This document shows, piece by piece, positions 52,301 to 64,000 of a DNA stretch of 64,000 nucleotides. This DNA is from Takakia lepidozioides (taxonomy: Eukaryota; Plantae; Bryophyta): positions 47,120,001-47,184,000 of the forward strand of contig CM060734.1 of the NCBI GenBank assembly GCA_030704615.1. Reading direction: 5' to 3'. The position numbers and the translations under genes were made by a program. The notes beneath the pieces were generated by a model. The model was given only the letters and a program-made list of their open reading frames with translations, did not search any database and was not told the DNA's origin. Position 1 is the stretch's first letter. Every line of letters begins with the position of its first letter.

Positions 52301-53266
52301 CCTTGAAGTAGGCCAAGAAGAGTGCACTGGGAGGAGCTGGAGAGGCTCCACCCTTGGCCGGGACTTGGAGGAAGTCGGCCGAACTAGCTAGTGGAGAGTG
52401 GAGTCAAGTGTGGGTTTGGTTCTTTGCCATGGGACGCCATGGTACGGAAACAAACTCCTTGATGTGGGACGCCACAACTTGGATGTTCGTTTCTACAAAA
52501 TGGACAAGTCGATGAGGACATCGACTCCCTGTTGGTAGGGGTGTGTGTCGCGGCCCTTTGCCTTGAGGGCAGGGGGTCGGGACACATGAGGGGCTGCCCC
52601 TGTGGTGGGGGGCAGCGGCGATAGGTATGGGGGGCTGAAGCACCCTTGAGTGCCCAAGGCACTCAAGGAGGCGGAGGCGCTCACTAGGTGGAGCCCGCAC
52701 ACCGGGTTGCGGTGGAGGTGGCTCCACAAGGGGTGGTGGTAGCTTAGTGGGACTTAGTGGGGGTGGCATAGGACTCACCATGGGGTGGAGACCTCGAGGT
52801 GGGAGTCGTGGGGAGTCTTGGGACTCATCACGGTCCATTGGGGCCGCGGTGAGTGGGCCAAGACTCACCGCGACTCACCACCGGGAGTCGAGGGTTTTCG
52901 TGGTGGTTCGCCATAAAATGGCATGGCTGGTTATGAAACCCCCGCGGACAGCTACAGAAGTATATATAGGGAGTAGTAACCCCGAGAACGGTGCAAGCCC
53001 GTTGGTGACCAAAAACTAGTGAGTAAGCGAGCGAGCCGGAAAGCGACCAAAGAGTGGGGAGCTGTTCCGGACTGCCATCTACCAAAGGGAATTCTCCTAG
53101 TCCCAAATAGGTGGAGGGTTTAGAGGGAAGCGGAAGGGGACCGTTATGTCCCGGTGAGCAGCCGAAACTCCAAGTTGGCCCGGCGGCCAGGTTGGGAGTC
53201 AGGCGCGCGCATCAAAGCGAGTAACTATGACTTGAAGGGGAGTTTACCGAACTGAGGTGTGCGACA
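46320..53266 (+). mobile_element. Full-length Ty3/Gypsy chromovirus copy 2
   Basis: 721-bp LTRs at 46320-47040 and 52546-53266 (TGTCGC...GCGACA); TSD GCCCC at 46315-46319 and 53267-53271. Gag with CFNCGEPGHMAKKC, protease LVDTGA, RT YIDD, RNase H, integrase, and a chromodomain EYEVEA/ILKSR..EYLVKWKGY..ASW (~51460-51610). Confidence 0.96.
47043..47054 (+). promoter_or_regulatory. Primer-binding site for initiator tRNA-Met
   Basis: TGGTATCAGAGC two bases after the 5' LTR. Confidence 0.9.
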
Positions 53267-53271
53267 GCCCC

Positions 53272-53620
53272 ACCAACAAGCACATCATAAGACATCGCGT
53301 CCGTAACAATGGCTTTAGCTCTCATGACAGAGCCATATGTAGGATGATCTGGCTGCAATCGAATGAAGAGCTCATGGCGTGTAATCCCTCGTGCCTTCTC
53401 TAAACCGCCCAAAGATGTTTGAATTTGGAAAGGACAAGGCTCCAAATCCGCCTCTGTAAGGCCCAAGCCTGCAATTGCTGCTCTCCCCAACATCAATGGC
53501 TGTGCTCCCAAGTCCAACAAGACCCGCAGTGGCCTATACCTCCTCCCGGCAAGGCCACCCAACTGAAACACACCATCCTGATTGTCCACCAGGACTACCC
53601 CAGGAGTAACCATACTACGC
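53272..53620 (-). pseudogene. Aspartic protease of the MTase-bearing element (continues at 46319-46180)
   Basis: RVLLDLGAQPLMLG...SYDVLVGGA. Removing the chromovirus and one TSD rejoins YDVLVGGAVLYPMGFTLDFWEE in frame. Confidence 0.8.
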
Positions 53621-53721
53621 TCAATGGCTGGTCTAGCTGGCAACTCCTACAACCTTGCAGCTACCGCTTGCCATGGCGCAGCTGTGGTTGTTTTCACCCT
53701 AGAATCCAAGGCATCCATGCA

Positions 53722-55614
53722 CTACACCTGATCCGCTATCCCCGCAGATAGTGCCGATGCATCACCACTCTCACAGAGTGCAGCTGCCAGTCTAAACACT
53801 GCAGCTGGCCGCATCCCCGACATTGCAATTGTCGTGGCAGAGAATAATGGAGCTTGGCAAATTGTCGTAGCCGCCCCCAACAATGTATTGGCTGCACCTT
53901 GCTTTGCAGTACCACCCACTGGCATTTCCCGAGCCATACCAACTCTCCCCAATGACACTCGTGGCTCTACTTCTGACACACTTGGGCGAGCGGGTGCCAT
54001 CGATGGCATAGTTGGCACTGTCTCAGCCAATGTGAAAGACCGTAGAAGCCTTTTCTGCCGACTTGCTTCCCCTCTTTGTGGATCAAAATCCACATCCGCT
54101 CGAGTGACAGCAGCTGCAGAATCCACATGCAATGGTCTTGCAAGTGCGGCTCCACACATGAAGCCCATACCAATCCGGTCTTCCCTAGGCATAGGAGGTT
54201 GTGCAGGTGGGGCTTGAACCTCAAGCCTTGGAGCTGGCGCAACATGAGTAGTGGCCATGGCAACAAGACGTTGCTCTAGCTGGGCAAGTCTATCCACCAT
54301 GCCTTGGTCATGACCTTGACCCTGACCCTGTGCTCCTTGGTTTTGGTTACGTTCTCCACCCCGATCTCTGCCTCCTCTACCTCTCTGGACTACATTGCCT
54401 CGTCCTCGGCCACCATTGTTCCTTTGGAACTGGCCTGGCCGTAGCTCAGGATGCAAGTCATAACAATGGGCCTCTTCATGCCCATATTTGCCACAATGCC
54501 CACATTGTAGTTGTGTAGGTTGTGCCTGTGCCGGCCCTTTGCCTCATTCCGGGCAATCTCTCTTAACATGGGATCCTCCACAATCCCAACATGTCACACC
54601 CAACTGTTGTTGGCCTGAGAATGAAGGAAGTGACCTCTGCAATTGAGATCCTCTCGGCCCTTCCCTGGGCTTTGCCTGAGCCCCTTTGTTGCCTTGAGCA
54701 CGTTGGGGTAGTGGTTGTTGTTGGCTAGGAGCCCTACTTCGTTGTGTCTCCTGACCAAACCCCACCATGACCACTTGCTCCTCCACCATATTGAGCTCTA
54801 TCTGCTCTGCCAGCAAAAACACATTTGCTAAGGTGGGTTGGTCCACTTGTAGGAGAGTTGCATCCCGCACCCTTCTCCTCAGCTCCTTGTCCAGGATCCC
54901 ATACCAGAACTGGACTGCCTGAGCTTCTGTAACCCCTTGGGTTACGTTTATCAAGCGCCTCATGCGAGTGTAAGCCTCCCTCAAACTCTCAGTAGACCTT
55001 CGTTGGAACTCTTGCAAGCTCCGCAACTTCTCTGTCCTTATCCCTTGGTAGTTTCTCCTCAACTCCTCGAAGAACTCCACAACTGGGTTAAAGGCAGGCA
55101 CGGGTGTTGGTGCTGCAGCAGGAGCTTGGGTGGACTTCCCAGCTCATGTTCCACTTGACGTCCCACTGCTGCTTGCAGAAGCTGCCGGTGTAGCTGCCGG
55201 TGTCACCACTGCCCTTGTGCCTCTAGTGATGGAGACATAGTCAGGTGACAAATACACCCGTCATTCCTCAATCTCCACCTCATGTCCCCGCCTAAACTCA
55301 TGGTAGTCATCCATGGGCGGCCCCTCAAGGTGCTGAAACAACCCCTTCCACGCCATAAAAGGCGTAAATAGTTGTGGATTACGCATCTGCTGCAAATCAC
55401 ACCACCTATCAAACTCATGTATGAAATCATCAAGCTCGATGGTGCCCACAGCTCCAGAGTACCAACGTGGCTCCTTGGTAGCTCCATACATTTCCTCCAT
55501 CGTATCCCACAACAATGGCACGGAAATGGCTTGCACCCTCGGCGAGAATCCTCCTAACTCTGAGTCTGAACCTTCCTCAAAAAACACTGAAGGTGAAGGT
55601 GGCCTAAACCGCAC
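53722..55614 (-). pseudogene. gag of the MTase-bearing element with two CCHC zinc knuckles
   Basis: YSG..ELDDFIHEFDRWC; LQEFQRRSTESLREAYTRMRRL (retrotransposon gag major-homology-like region); CWDCGGSHVKRDC and CGHCGKYGHEEAHC; RG-rich tract; internal stops. Confidence 0.8.
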
Positions 55615-56691
55615 ACCTCGTCTTGTATACCCACTAGTATCGCTAGTGCTCGTACTGGCACTCTCCTCAGCAACTGGTTGCAGCTCCGTGATGAAAACTC
55701 ACAACCATATGTGTTGTAAACTTGTCTCTAATCCCCCTTTCCACAAGGTAACCGGGTAGAGAACCTGTTGCGGCTTATGGCTTAGACTACTAGGTTCGTA
55801 ACACAAACCTGCACCTGCATCCACCGCAAGCACTCATATGGTCTGCTGGTCATCAACCCAGCCTCACCATAAGAGAAACAATGGTGGTCTGACTGGTCAT
55901 CACCCCAGCCTCACCACCGACAACATGCTCTAGGATTGGCCGGTGATCAAATCCGGACCAACCTCCTATGAAAACAAGCACCCACACAAAACTGACATGG
56001 CACATAGTCAAGCATGCAGGTGTGGGGGGGATCCAAACACAAGAAAATCAAGACAGTAACTCCCCCACACCAAAAAAAAACACTCCACAGTATCGCTCCT
56101 GCAAGGACACCCCAGCCCAAACCCGGACTGACTCTTGCCTCCACCTACGGAAAGGTTTTGGCCTACATAGAGGGTGGAAGACTACGAGGAAGAGAGACTA
56201 AGGAAATTCTTAATCCTAGAATGCTCTCATCCCACTAGTCTCCCCCTATCTCTAAACGCTCTTGCTCATGACCAACAGACATAACTACCTTCCAGGGTCT
56301 CTCAAAATCTCCAAGAGCCCTCAAGATGTCTCTCAAACAATCTCACTAAGGCCCCCAAAGCCTGCCAAATCTTGGCCCTCAAGGACCCCAAAAAGTCCTT
56401 CAGACAAGTTGCCAAAGACTCCTTAAGCTCGCCAAATATTAGCCTCCAAGGACCCCAAAATAGTCCTCCAAATAGCCCTCCAAAGCTCCAAATGTTTGCC
56501 AAATATTGGTCTTCAAGGACCCCCCCCCAATAGTCCTCCAAACACCCCTTCAAGAGCTCTTCAAGTGTCTTACAAAAGCTCCTCAAAGGACCCCCCAAAG
56601 ATCCTCCAAAGGCAATACTCCTCCAGATACACCCTAGATGTCATACTTTTTTTAATGAAAACGTATGGTAGGCAAAGTCTCTCCACTTGTA

Positions 56692-56866
56692 TCCATACCT
56701 TGTTCACAAAAGTGTATGGTGGGGCAGATGGAGCCCATACACTGTTCACAAAAACGTATGTTGGGCAGAGGGGGCCCATACTCTGTTCACAAAAGAGTAT
56801 GTTGGGCAGAGGGGTTCCATACTCTGTTCACAAAAGTGTATGATGGGCAGAGGGAGCCCATACACA
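56692..56866. repeat. ~41-bp tandem repeat, ~4.5 units, in the element leader
   Basis: CCATAC..TGTTCACAAAA..GTATG.TGGGCAGAGGG at about 56692, 56735, 56776 and 56817. Confidence 0.85.
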
Positions 56867-58719
56867 CAGTTTCTTGAAGAGTATGGAGACTAGGGTTTGT
56901 AGAGTATAGTAAGAAACACCTTCTTCATGGTATCTTCCCCCCTAACATGCATGCAAGATTGCATTATCTTACTTTGCAATGCATTCATCCCAAATTGACA
57001 AGTTCCTCTTGATCTCCTTGGAACTCATAGCAAGCTAATGTGCCCAATGACAAGTGCCAAGCATTGCTTGAATTTGAATTTTGTATGCCATCTTCCATGT
57101 GCTTTCCCTTGCATGGGCTAGTCACACACACTTCCACCTCTTGACCTAGGTGTTCTCTTCATTCATCATAATGTGTATCCACACCTCTATTCAAGAGCTC
57201 ATCTTCTCAAACTTGAAGTCACAAGCCCTAAAGAGCATGCTCCACATAAGCATCACTTGCTTGAACAACCATCCACCACAAAACTTAAGCAAAAAGGGAA
57301 TGAATACATGAGCTTCACCTTCCCCTTCCTTGTCTTGTCACATGCTAATGTATGGTTGAAGTTGCTATGCATGCCGTGAGCCACAATCTCCTTTCTTCAT
57401 GAAGACCACCTCCAATGATCTCCCACATGTGCTCCAAGCTCTTAAATACTCTAAGCTTGGTTTCACATCATCATGGATAGAATTCTCACCCACATGATTC
57501 CCTTTGGAGTCATCTTGAGCTTCTTGATGCTCTCCAAGTGGTTGCTTTTGTTGTCTTCAAGCCCTAGCCTATGTAGCTCCTTGGATTTTCTTCCACAACA
57601 TGCACCACCTTATACACAAGGAATGAACTTGCTCACTTCACCTTCTAGCTCTCCTCAAGCTTGAATTGGAAGCCACACTTGGAAAGCATGCTCCACACAT
57701 GCGCCACTTGCTTGGTCAATCACTTGCTTCACCAAGAGCAATCCAAGAACTCATAGAATTAGCAAAAGCACTCCCCTTCTAGTGCGCCTTCGCTTGCTTG
57801 TTTGTCAACCAAATGAAACCCCATTTGGCTTCATTTCACCATGGATAGAACAACCACTTCTTAGCTTCTCTTGAGCTACTCAATGCTCCTCAAACTACCC
57901 TTATTGTACTCCTTCTATGGTATTTCCAACCCAAGCATGTGCCGCTCTTTGGCTTCTCTTTCACACCATGAACAAGTACTAGAGCTTGCTCTTGAAACCC
58001 TAGTGTTTATCTTCTCCACACACAAGACGCTTCTCTTGTGATGCAAGAGCTCTTTTCCAAGTTCTCAAACCCTTAGTGCACATACAAGCACTTACCTTGC
58101 AAAACCATGCAAGCTTTGTGATACAAGAGCTCTCTCCTTAAGCTCTCCACCTCTGCAAAGTCTTGTAACTCAAGAGCTCTCTCCTTGAGCTCTCCACCTC
58201 TTTGATGCAATGCAAAAACACTCCTCCTTGCAGCACCTTGCAAGCCTTGTAAGATACTTGAGCTTTTCTAGCTCTCTCACTCCTTGGTGTACACCAACAC
58301 AAGTGCTAAAACTAATCCTTACACTCCGCACTCACAAGCATAAGGCGATCTTCTTGTAGTGATAATGGAAGTGAACACACAATGGAAACACTCCACTCAT
58401 GAATCCACTCAATCACATAAACTAAGTCAAGCCAAGGGCACCTTTGCTAAAGGAATCTGTCCTACAAAGCCCTCACCACACTCCCTCTCAATACCTAGAG
58501 CTATGGAGGTGAGAGAGGCTCATGGAGGCTCAACTACAAGAAGATGAGCCCTCCTCAACACTCACAAGGGGAAAACCCATCCCCATGTCCCAAGTGAGGT
58601 TTGACACCTCACTTGGCATGTAATGAAGTCCCAACACACAAAATACAAATATAAATATCCAAAATGTCCTAGTTAGTAGAAGTAGGTAATTCTAGTTAAC
58701 CATGACTAAAACCATGACA

Positions 58720-60536
58720 AGGGTATTGTTCATAATCACATCTGGTACAATTCCAGCTTTGGCGATGCAACCATGCACCTCTTTGCCCTTTTCCAGGGCT
58801 GCCAGGCTTGCATACGCATTGCAAACGCACACAACCGCGATGTGGTCGGGCTTCACCCCTTCCCCCATCATTTGCTCATAGGTCTCCAAAGCCTCCATCC
58901 CACGCCCCTGCTTTGCATACCCCCTGCAAGCATCGTGTTCCACGACACCACATCTCGTTCAGCCATATTGTTGAAATTAACTCCCATTTGCATCCTTAAT
59001 GCACCCACATTTGGCATACATGTCCACCAGGGCAGTGTTCAGGATGACATCTGGTACAATTCCAGCTTTGACGATGTCACCATGGACCTCCAGAGTTCCC
59101 AGGCTTGCACACGCATTGCAAACACAAACAAATGTGATGTGGTTGGTTTTCACCCCTTCGCACATCATTTGCTCATATGTCTCCAAAGCCTCCATCCCGC
59201 ACCCTTGTTGTGCATATCCTGCAACATCACACTCCACAACACCACATCACGTTCAGCCATACTGTTGAACACTCCATTTTCATACTCGATGCACCCACAT
59301 TTGACATACATATCCACCAGGGCAGTGTTCAGAGTGAAATCGGGTACAATTCCAGATTTGACGATGTCTCTTTGCCCTTTTCCAGGTCTGCCAAGGCTTG
59401 CACACTCATTGCAAATGCAAACAAATGTCATGTGGTTGGCTTCACCCCCTTCGCACATCATTTGCTCATAGGTCTCCAAAGCCTCCATCTCGCGCCCTTG
59501 CTGTGCACATCCTGCAATCATCGCACTCCACGACACCACATCACGTTCAGCCATACTGTTGAACACTCCATTTGCATCCTCGATGCACCCACATTTGACA
59601 TACATGTCCACTAGGGCAGTGTTCACAGTGAAATCAGGTACAAATCCAGATTTGACGATGTCACCATGGACCTGTTTGCACTTTTCCAGGGCTGCCAGGC
59701 TTGCACACGCACTGCAAATGCAAACAAACATCATGTGGTTGGGCTTCACCCCCTTCGCACATCATGCTCATAGGTCTCCAAAGCCTCCATCCTGTGCCCT
59801 TGCTGTGCACACATCCTGCAATCATCGCACTCCATGACACCACATCACGTTCAGCCATACTGTTGAACACTCCCTTCATACATGTCCACGAGGGTATTGT
59901 TCAGAATGACATTTTGTACAACTGCAGCTCTGACAATGTCGCCATAGTCCTCTTTGCCCTTTTCCAGAACTGCCAGGCTTGCACACGCACTGCAAATGCA
60001 CACAAACATGATGTGGTTGGGCTTCACCCCTTCCCCCATCACTTGATCATAGGTCTCCAAAGCCTTCATACCACATCCCTGTTGTGGATACCCTGCAAGC
60101 ATCGTGTTCCATGACACCACATCTCATTCAGCCATAGTGTTAAAAACTCCGTTCGCATCCTTAATGCACCCACATTTGGCATACATGTCCACCAGGGCAG
60201 TGTTCAGAAAGACATCTGGTACAATTCCAGCTTTGACGATGTCACCATGGACCCCTTTCCCCTTTTCCAGAGCTCCCAGGCTTGCACACGCATTACAAAC
60301 ACAAACAAATGTGATGTGGTTGGGCTTCACCCCTTTGCGCAGCATTTGCTCATAGGTCTCCAAAACATTCCTACCACACCCATGCTTGGTAAATCCTGCC
60401 AACATTATATTCCAAGTGATCAAAGATCGTTGAGGCATTCTGTTGAACACTTGGTGAGCATCCATGATGATCCCGCACTTAACATACATGTTGACAAGGG
60501 TGTTGGAGAGAAAAACATTTGGCGTGAATCCACTTG
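58720..60536 (-). pseudogene. PLS PPR array (about six P-L-S triplets, degenerate)
   Basis: SGFTPNVFLSNTLVNMYVKCG..QVFNRMPQRSLITWNIMLAG..GVKPNHITFVCVCNACASLGALEKGK repeated, with stops and frameshifts. Confidence 0.92.
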
Positions 60537-60540
60537 CACT

Positions 60541-61100
60541 TTAGATAATGATGAGGCAGTGGACCTAATTAATAAAATGCCAATCAATCCAGATGTTGTG
60601 GTGTGGAAGGGCTTGCGTGGTGCCTGCAGAATCCATGGCAATGTGGAGATGGCTGAACATGTGGCAACATCTATCCTCAAGTGGGATGAACAGGATGTCG
60701 CGACTTATGTGTTGCTATATCAAACATCTATGCTGCAGCTGACAGGTAGGATGATACTACAAAGGTGAGAAGGATGATGAAGGTCAGAGGGGGTTGGAAT
60801 TGAGGTTGGCAACAGGGTGCACACCTTCGTTGTAGATGATAAGTTGCATCCCATAATTAAGGAAATCCATGTTGAGCTAAGAAGATTGTCTGGGCAGATG
60901 AAGAGGCGGGGTATGTGCCTGACACGCGCTTTGTATTGCATGATGTGGAGGAAAGGAATTTTCTCTTTGCCACCACAGTGAGAAGCTGGCCATTGGTTTT
61001 GGGTTGATTTGCACGACTCATCAAGAATCTTCGAGTGTTTGGAGACTGCCACACCTCCACCAAATTCATCTCAAAGATTGATGGCCGAGCAAATGTTGTA
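60541..61100 (+). pseudogene. E/E+/DYW deaminase domain of an organellar RNA-editing factor, degenerate
   Basis: DEAVDLINKMPINPDVVVW..GACRIHGNVE, YVLL/SNIYAA, IEVGNRVHTFVV, GYVPDT, HSEKLAIGFGLI, KNLRVFGDCH. The first Cys of CxxC is replaced, the PG box is deleted and the terminal DYW is missing. Confidence 0.88.
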
Positions 61101-61339
61101 TGTTGGTTCAATTAATATCAATGAAAATACACCCAACTAAGGGATAACTTATGTGAATAATGAGAGGACGATATACTTACTGCTCCTCCTTTGGGTGTGA
61201 GAGCACTGTCATCAGAAGGATTTGTAGCTAGCCGTGGTGCAATGTACAATTGTTGCGCGAAGGGTTGGGATTCTCATTTCCTCTTTGTGTTGTTGTGGAT
61301 CTACTGGTATTTCTCTTTATCTCTCTCTCTGGTACAAGC

Positions 61340-61750
61340 CTCATTGCCGCAGATGAGAGACGTCACGAGAATGCATACACCAAGATTGTGGAGAAGCTTT
61401 TTGAGTTGGACCCTGACGGGGCCATGCTGGCGTTTGCTGATATGATGAGGGAGAACATTGTTATGGCAGATGATGGACAGAATGAGCACCTTTTTGACAA
61501 TTTTTCTCTGGTGGCCCAGAGGACGGGGGTGTATACTGCTCGGGACTACGCTGACATCATGGAGCACCTGGTAAATAGGTGGAATGTCGCAAGTATCCAA
61601 GGGCTCTCCAGCGGGGGTCAGAGAGCACAAGATTATGTTTGCTCGTTGCCACCTCACATCCGGAAGCTTGAGGAGCGGGCACAGTCTAAGGTGAAGACGG
61701 GTCCGAAAACTTGAAGTTTTAGCTGGATTTTCAACAGGGAAGCACGGCTC
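61340..61750 (+). pseudogene. SAD: 3' fragment of a stearoyl-ACP desaturase
   Basis: [35 protein letters not shown] and SFSWIFNRE. The PAHLM block is missing, there is a premature stop at ~61712, and no upstream exons are visible. Confidence 0.85.
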
Positions 61751-62989
61751 TTTTGTGAGTCAAAGGCAATGCTTAATCCCCATGCAATTGTGTTCTGTTG
61801 GTGCTCACTGAATTGTGTCATAGTGTACATTGGGCTCATCTAGTTTGACAGGAGCTGTAAAATACATTAGGTTAGTTTACTTTTCCTGGTCCTGGTATTC
61901 AACATTTAAGCTTTACCTGACCACAGACAAGACCACACAGTTGGTTGGTGGCTTGATCTTCATGGGTTTGTCCACCCTTTCTTATAGATCTACCTAGCGT
62001 GAATGTGTGCTTTGTGTATTAGGGACTTTGTGGCAGGCACAGAAGGGAGTTTTTGCGCTCTCTAGCTTTTCAGGCAAACAACAAGAGTTTTTGAAGGTGG
62101 AATCTACCTCGCTCCGATATGTCTAGGATATTTGCGTTTCAAGACTCGGGAATTGTACAAAAAAGTTCCGGTAGCAGGTAGTGCTGCCTATGTAAGGGGG
62201 ATTGAGCTTGGCAGGCAACAGGTAAGAAAACTGTAAGCTAGGGTCAAAATGGATCAATGTACTGCCATTTTTACCCTCCAGATATCGAGTTGCTTCCATA
62301 TTCTCCACCCTCCTGACTGTTGTTGAGTCACAAGGTCAAAGTACACTCACAAAACAATTTCTCCTTCGCTTCAGTGCACTATGTTTGTTTGTGCTCTGTT
62401 CATTTGTTTGGATTCTTGTCCTAAAGATGTCATACATTTTTTTCCTTTTCTTTATCTCCTCCCTATGGCTGCTAGACCTAGCAAATCGACATTTTTGTGC
62501 AACATGTGAATGGCTCAAGTCTGGGCTTTTGAGGAAATCCTGGAGCCAGGAAGTCCTGACTCTTGGTGGCACCGACCAAAAAATGTTGATTTCTACATGT
62601 AAACATTTAACACCACGGATGACCCCGTCTTTTTTGTGCAAATTGAACGTAGTTCTCAGAATTCGTCGCTAGTAGTGCGGAGCAACGCGAAGCCCTAGTT
62701 CTAGCGACGACCAAAGGTCGAGAGCTAGTTTAGCGTAGCGCAGGAATAGGGTGCCATAGTGCCACATCATCGTTGCCACGCTTCGTACGTCATCAATTTT
62801 TTTCTATCTGCCCAGATTGCCCGAAAATAACCGGGAGACTGACGCTTTCCCTCCCTGCTTCTGTTTGCTGTTCAAAGGAGAGAGAGAGAGAGCGGAATGG
62901 CTACATAGGTTGATAAGGCCTGGCATTTCTGGCCCCTGTATTGTTAGAACAGGTTTAGATAGGTTTGGCTTGCCGAGGCTATCTATATA

Positions 62990-63990
62990 TAGCCATGAAG
63001 TGTCAAGAAGGGTTAGAAAGAGCTCGAAAGTGCGGAGGGCATTTCTTCAAAACGGCGCATCCAGGAGAGCGTTTTCCAGTGAGAATCCCAGGGAAAAAGG
63101 TAAGCATATTTCAGAGGTAATTAAGTCGTCACAATTATCTCATTCTTGAAAGAACCCTTTGTGTGCCAAGACCAAGAGGGATTGATTTATAATTGTCGGA
63201 GGGTGAGCTTAGAACACTTAGTTTAGCAAGCGGGGTTGCTTCAGGATTATTGTTGGCTGGTGCTGGAGTCCAAGTGCTGAGCTCTAATTTGGGAATCGTC
63301 CACATCAGATTGGTGTGTCAATTTTCACAAGCGCTGCACTATTCTGCTTTAAACCACAAGGCACATTCTTTTTTAATTTCATCCAGCTTGTTGATGATCA
63401 ACTCTCCCCTTGACCAGAACTTCAGCCTCTACGACTTCATGCGGTGGAACCCTAAGTGAGGGTAAAAAGTAACGGAATGCTGTGACGGTTGTATTTTGTG
63501 GACCTGCTGGTTGTATCTACATCAGCAGGTGGCATTTTAGGTCTTTTTCATAGCCTTAGTAAGTAGATTGTAGGCAAACACCTCTTCAAGAGGATATTTG
63601 GGTCGGCAATGAGGCTTAGCTTTTGCTCTACTATGTCACAACTACATTGAGGTGGTGACTATTTGTTGTCATTAATAAACAGTAGCTGTATTAGGTGGGG
63701 AGTGTGTCAACAACTAATGCACAAGCTCATCGCATGTCATGTTCCCAGTTTCAAGCCTGCATGTCAGCAGAATTTGGTCCTCTTGCTGTAATCCATAAGG
63801 CCAGGTTCACAATCACACCTCTGCCAGCTAATCCCTGTTGGAGTGGTAGTAGGGTTGAGTCTTGTACATTTGTCAAGTGGGGCTGAGTCTAGCAATGCTT
63901 CTATGTGTGCAGGGTATGAGAACTTCTATCCAAAGAACAAGAAAGATCTTCCCAAGCGCCGCAATGAGCAGAAATCAGAGTCAAAGAATG
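62990..63990 (+). CDS. 5' exons of a mitochondrial m-AAA protease, FtsH3/FtsH10-like (runs off the window)
   Basis: RRAFSSENPREK|gtaag, then an AG/GT-bounded exon GYENFYPKNKKDLPKRRNEQKSESKN (63913-63990). Start codon not identified. Confidence 0.6.
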
Positions 63991-64000
63991 GTAAGGGATG

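Larger units (their letters stand above)
45063..58719 (-). mobile_element. LTR retroelement carrying gag, protease and C5 DNA methyltransferase; 3'-truncated and interrupted by a chromovirus
   Basis: The 5' end TGTCATGG at 58719 interrupts a PPR motif (NNTLV|). It is followed by a long non-coding leader, gag (55614-53722), aspartic protease and MTase motifs. RT and integrase are not present. The LTR 3' boundary and PBS were not resolved. Confidence 0.75.

Noticed and set aside
46424-53106. Short ORFs in the LTRs and antisense to gag-pol
   Set aside because: They are by-products of GC-rich LTR and coding sequence, duplicated only because the LTRs are.
60541-61100. Functional or U-to-C type DYW editing factor
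   Set aside because: It has a canonical HSEKLA but also deletions, frameshifts, a lost zinc-ligand Cys and no terminus, so it is a pseudogene.
62640-62720. Possible CACTA terminus (..GCTAGTAGTG with TAGCGACGA nearby)
   Set aside because: No partner terminal repeat or TSD was found in the window.

Overview
This is plant nuclear DNA, probably from a non-seed land plant (inferred from the spliced genes and the PLS-PPR/DYW style). The left ~24 kb holds three apparently intact spliced genes: a SUD1/DOA10-type RING-CH E3 ligase (+), a CYP85-clan cytochrome P450 (+) and plastid elongation factor P (-). They are interspersed with copies of one APE-RT non-LTR retrotransposon family, each inserted in a (TC)n tract, and two inverted copies of a short Helitron-like element. 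From 25 to 34 kb there are FKBP16-3-like and methylesterase fragments, a full-length copy of the LINE with a 14-bp TSD, and an L1-like relic. From 34.6 to 61 kb a scrambled PLS-E-DYW PPR pseudogene hosts nested insertions: two copies of a chromovirus, a 3.6-kb solo LTR and a PPR-derived minisatellite. The most notable element is a minus-strand LTR retroelement encoding gag, protease and a DNMT3-like C5 cytosine methyltransferase, split by one of the chromoviruses. The window ends with a stearoyl-ACP desaturase fragment and the 5' exons of an FtsH3/10-like gene. All family calls are by eye from motifs; no searches were run.
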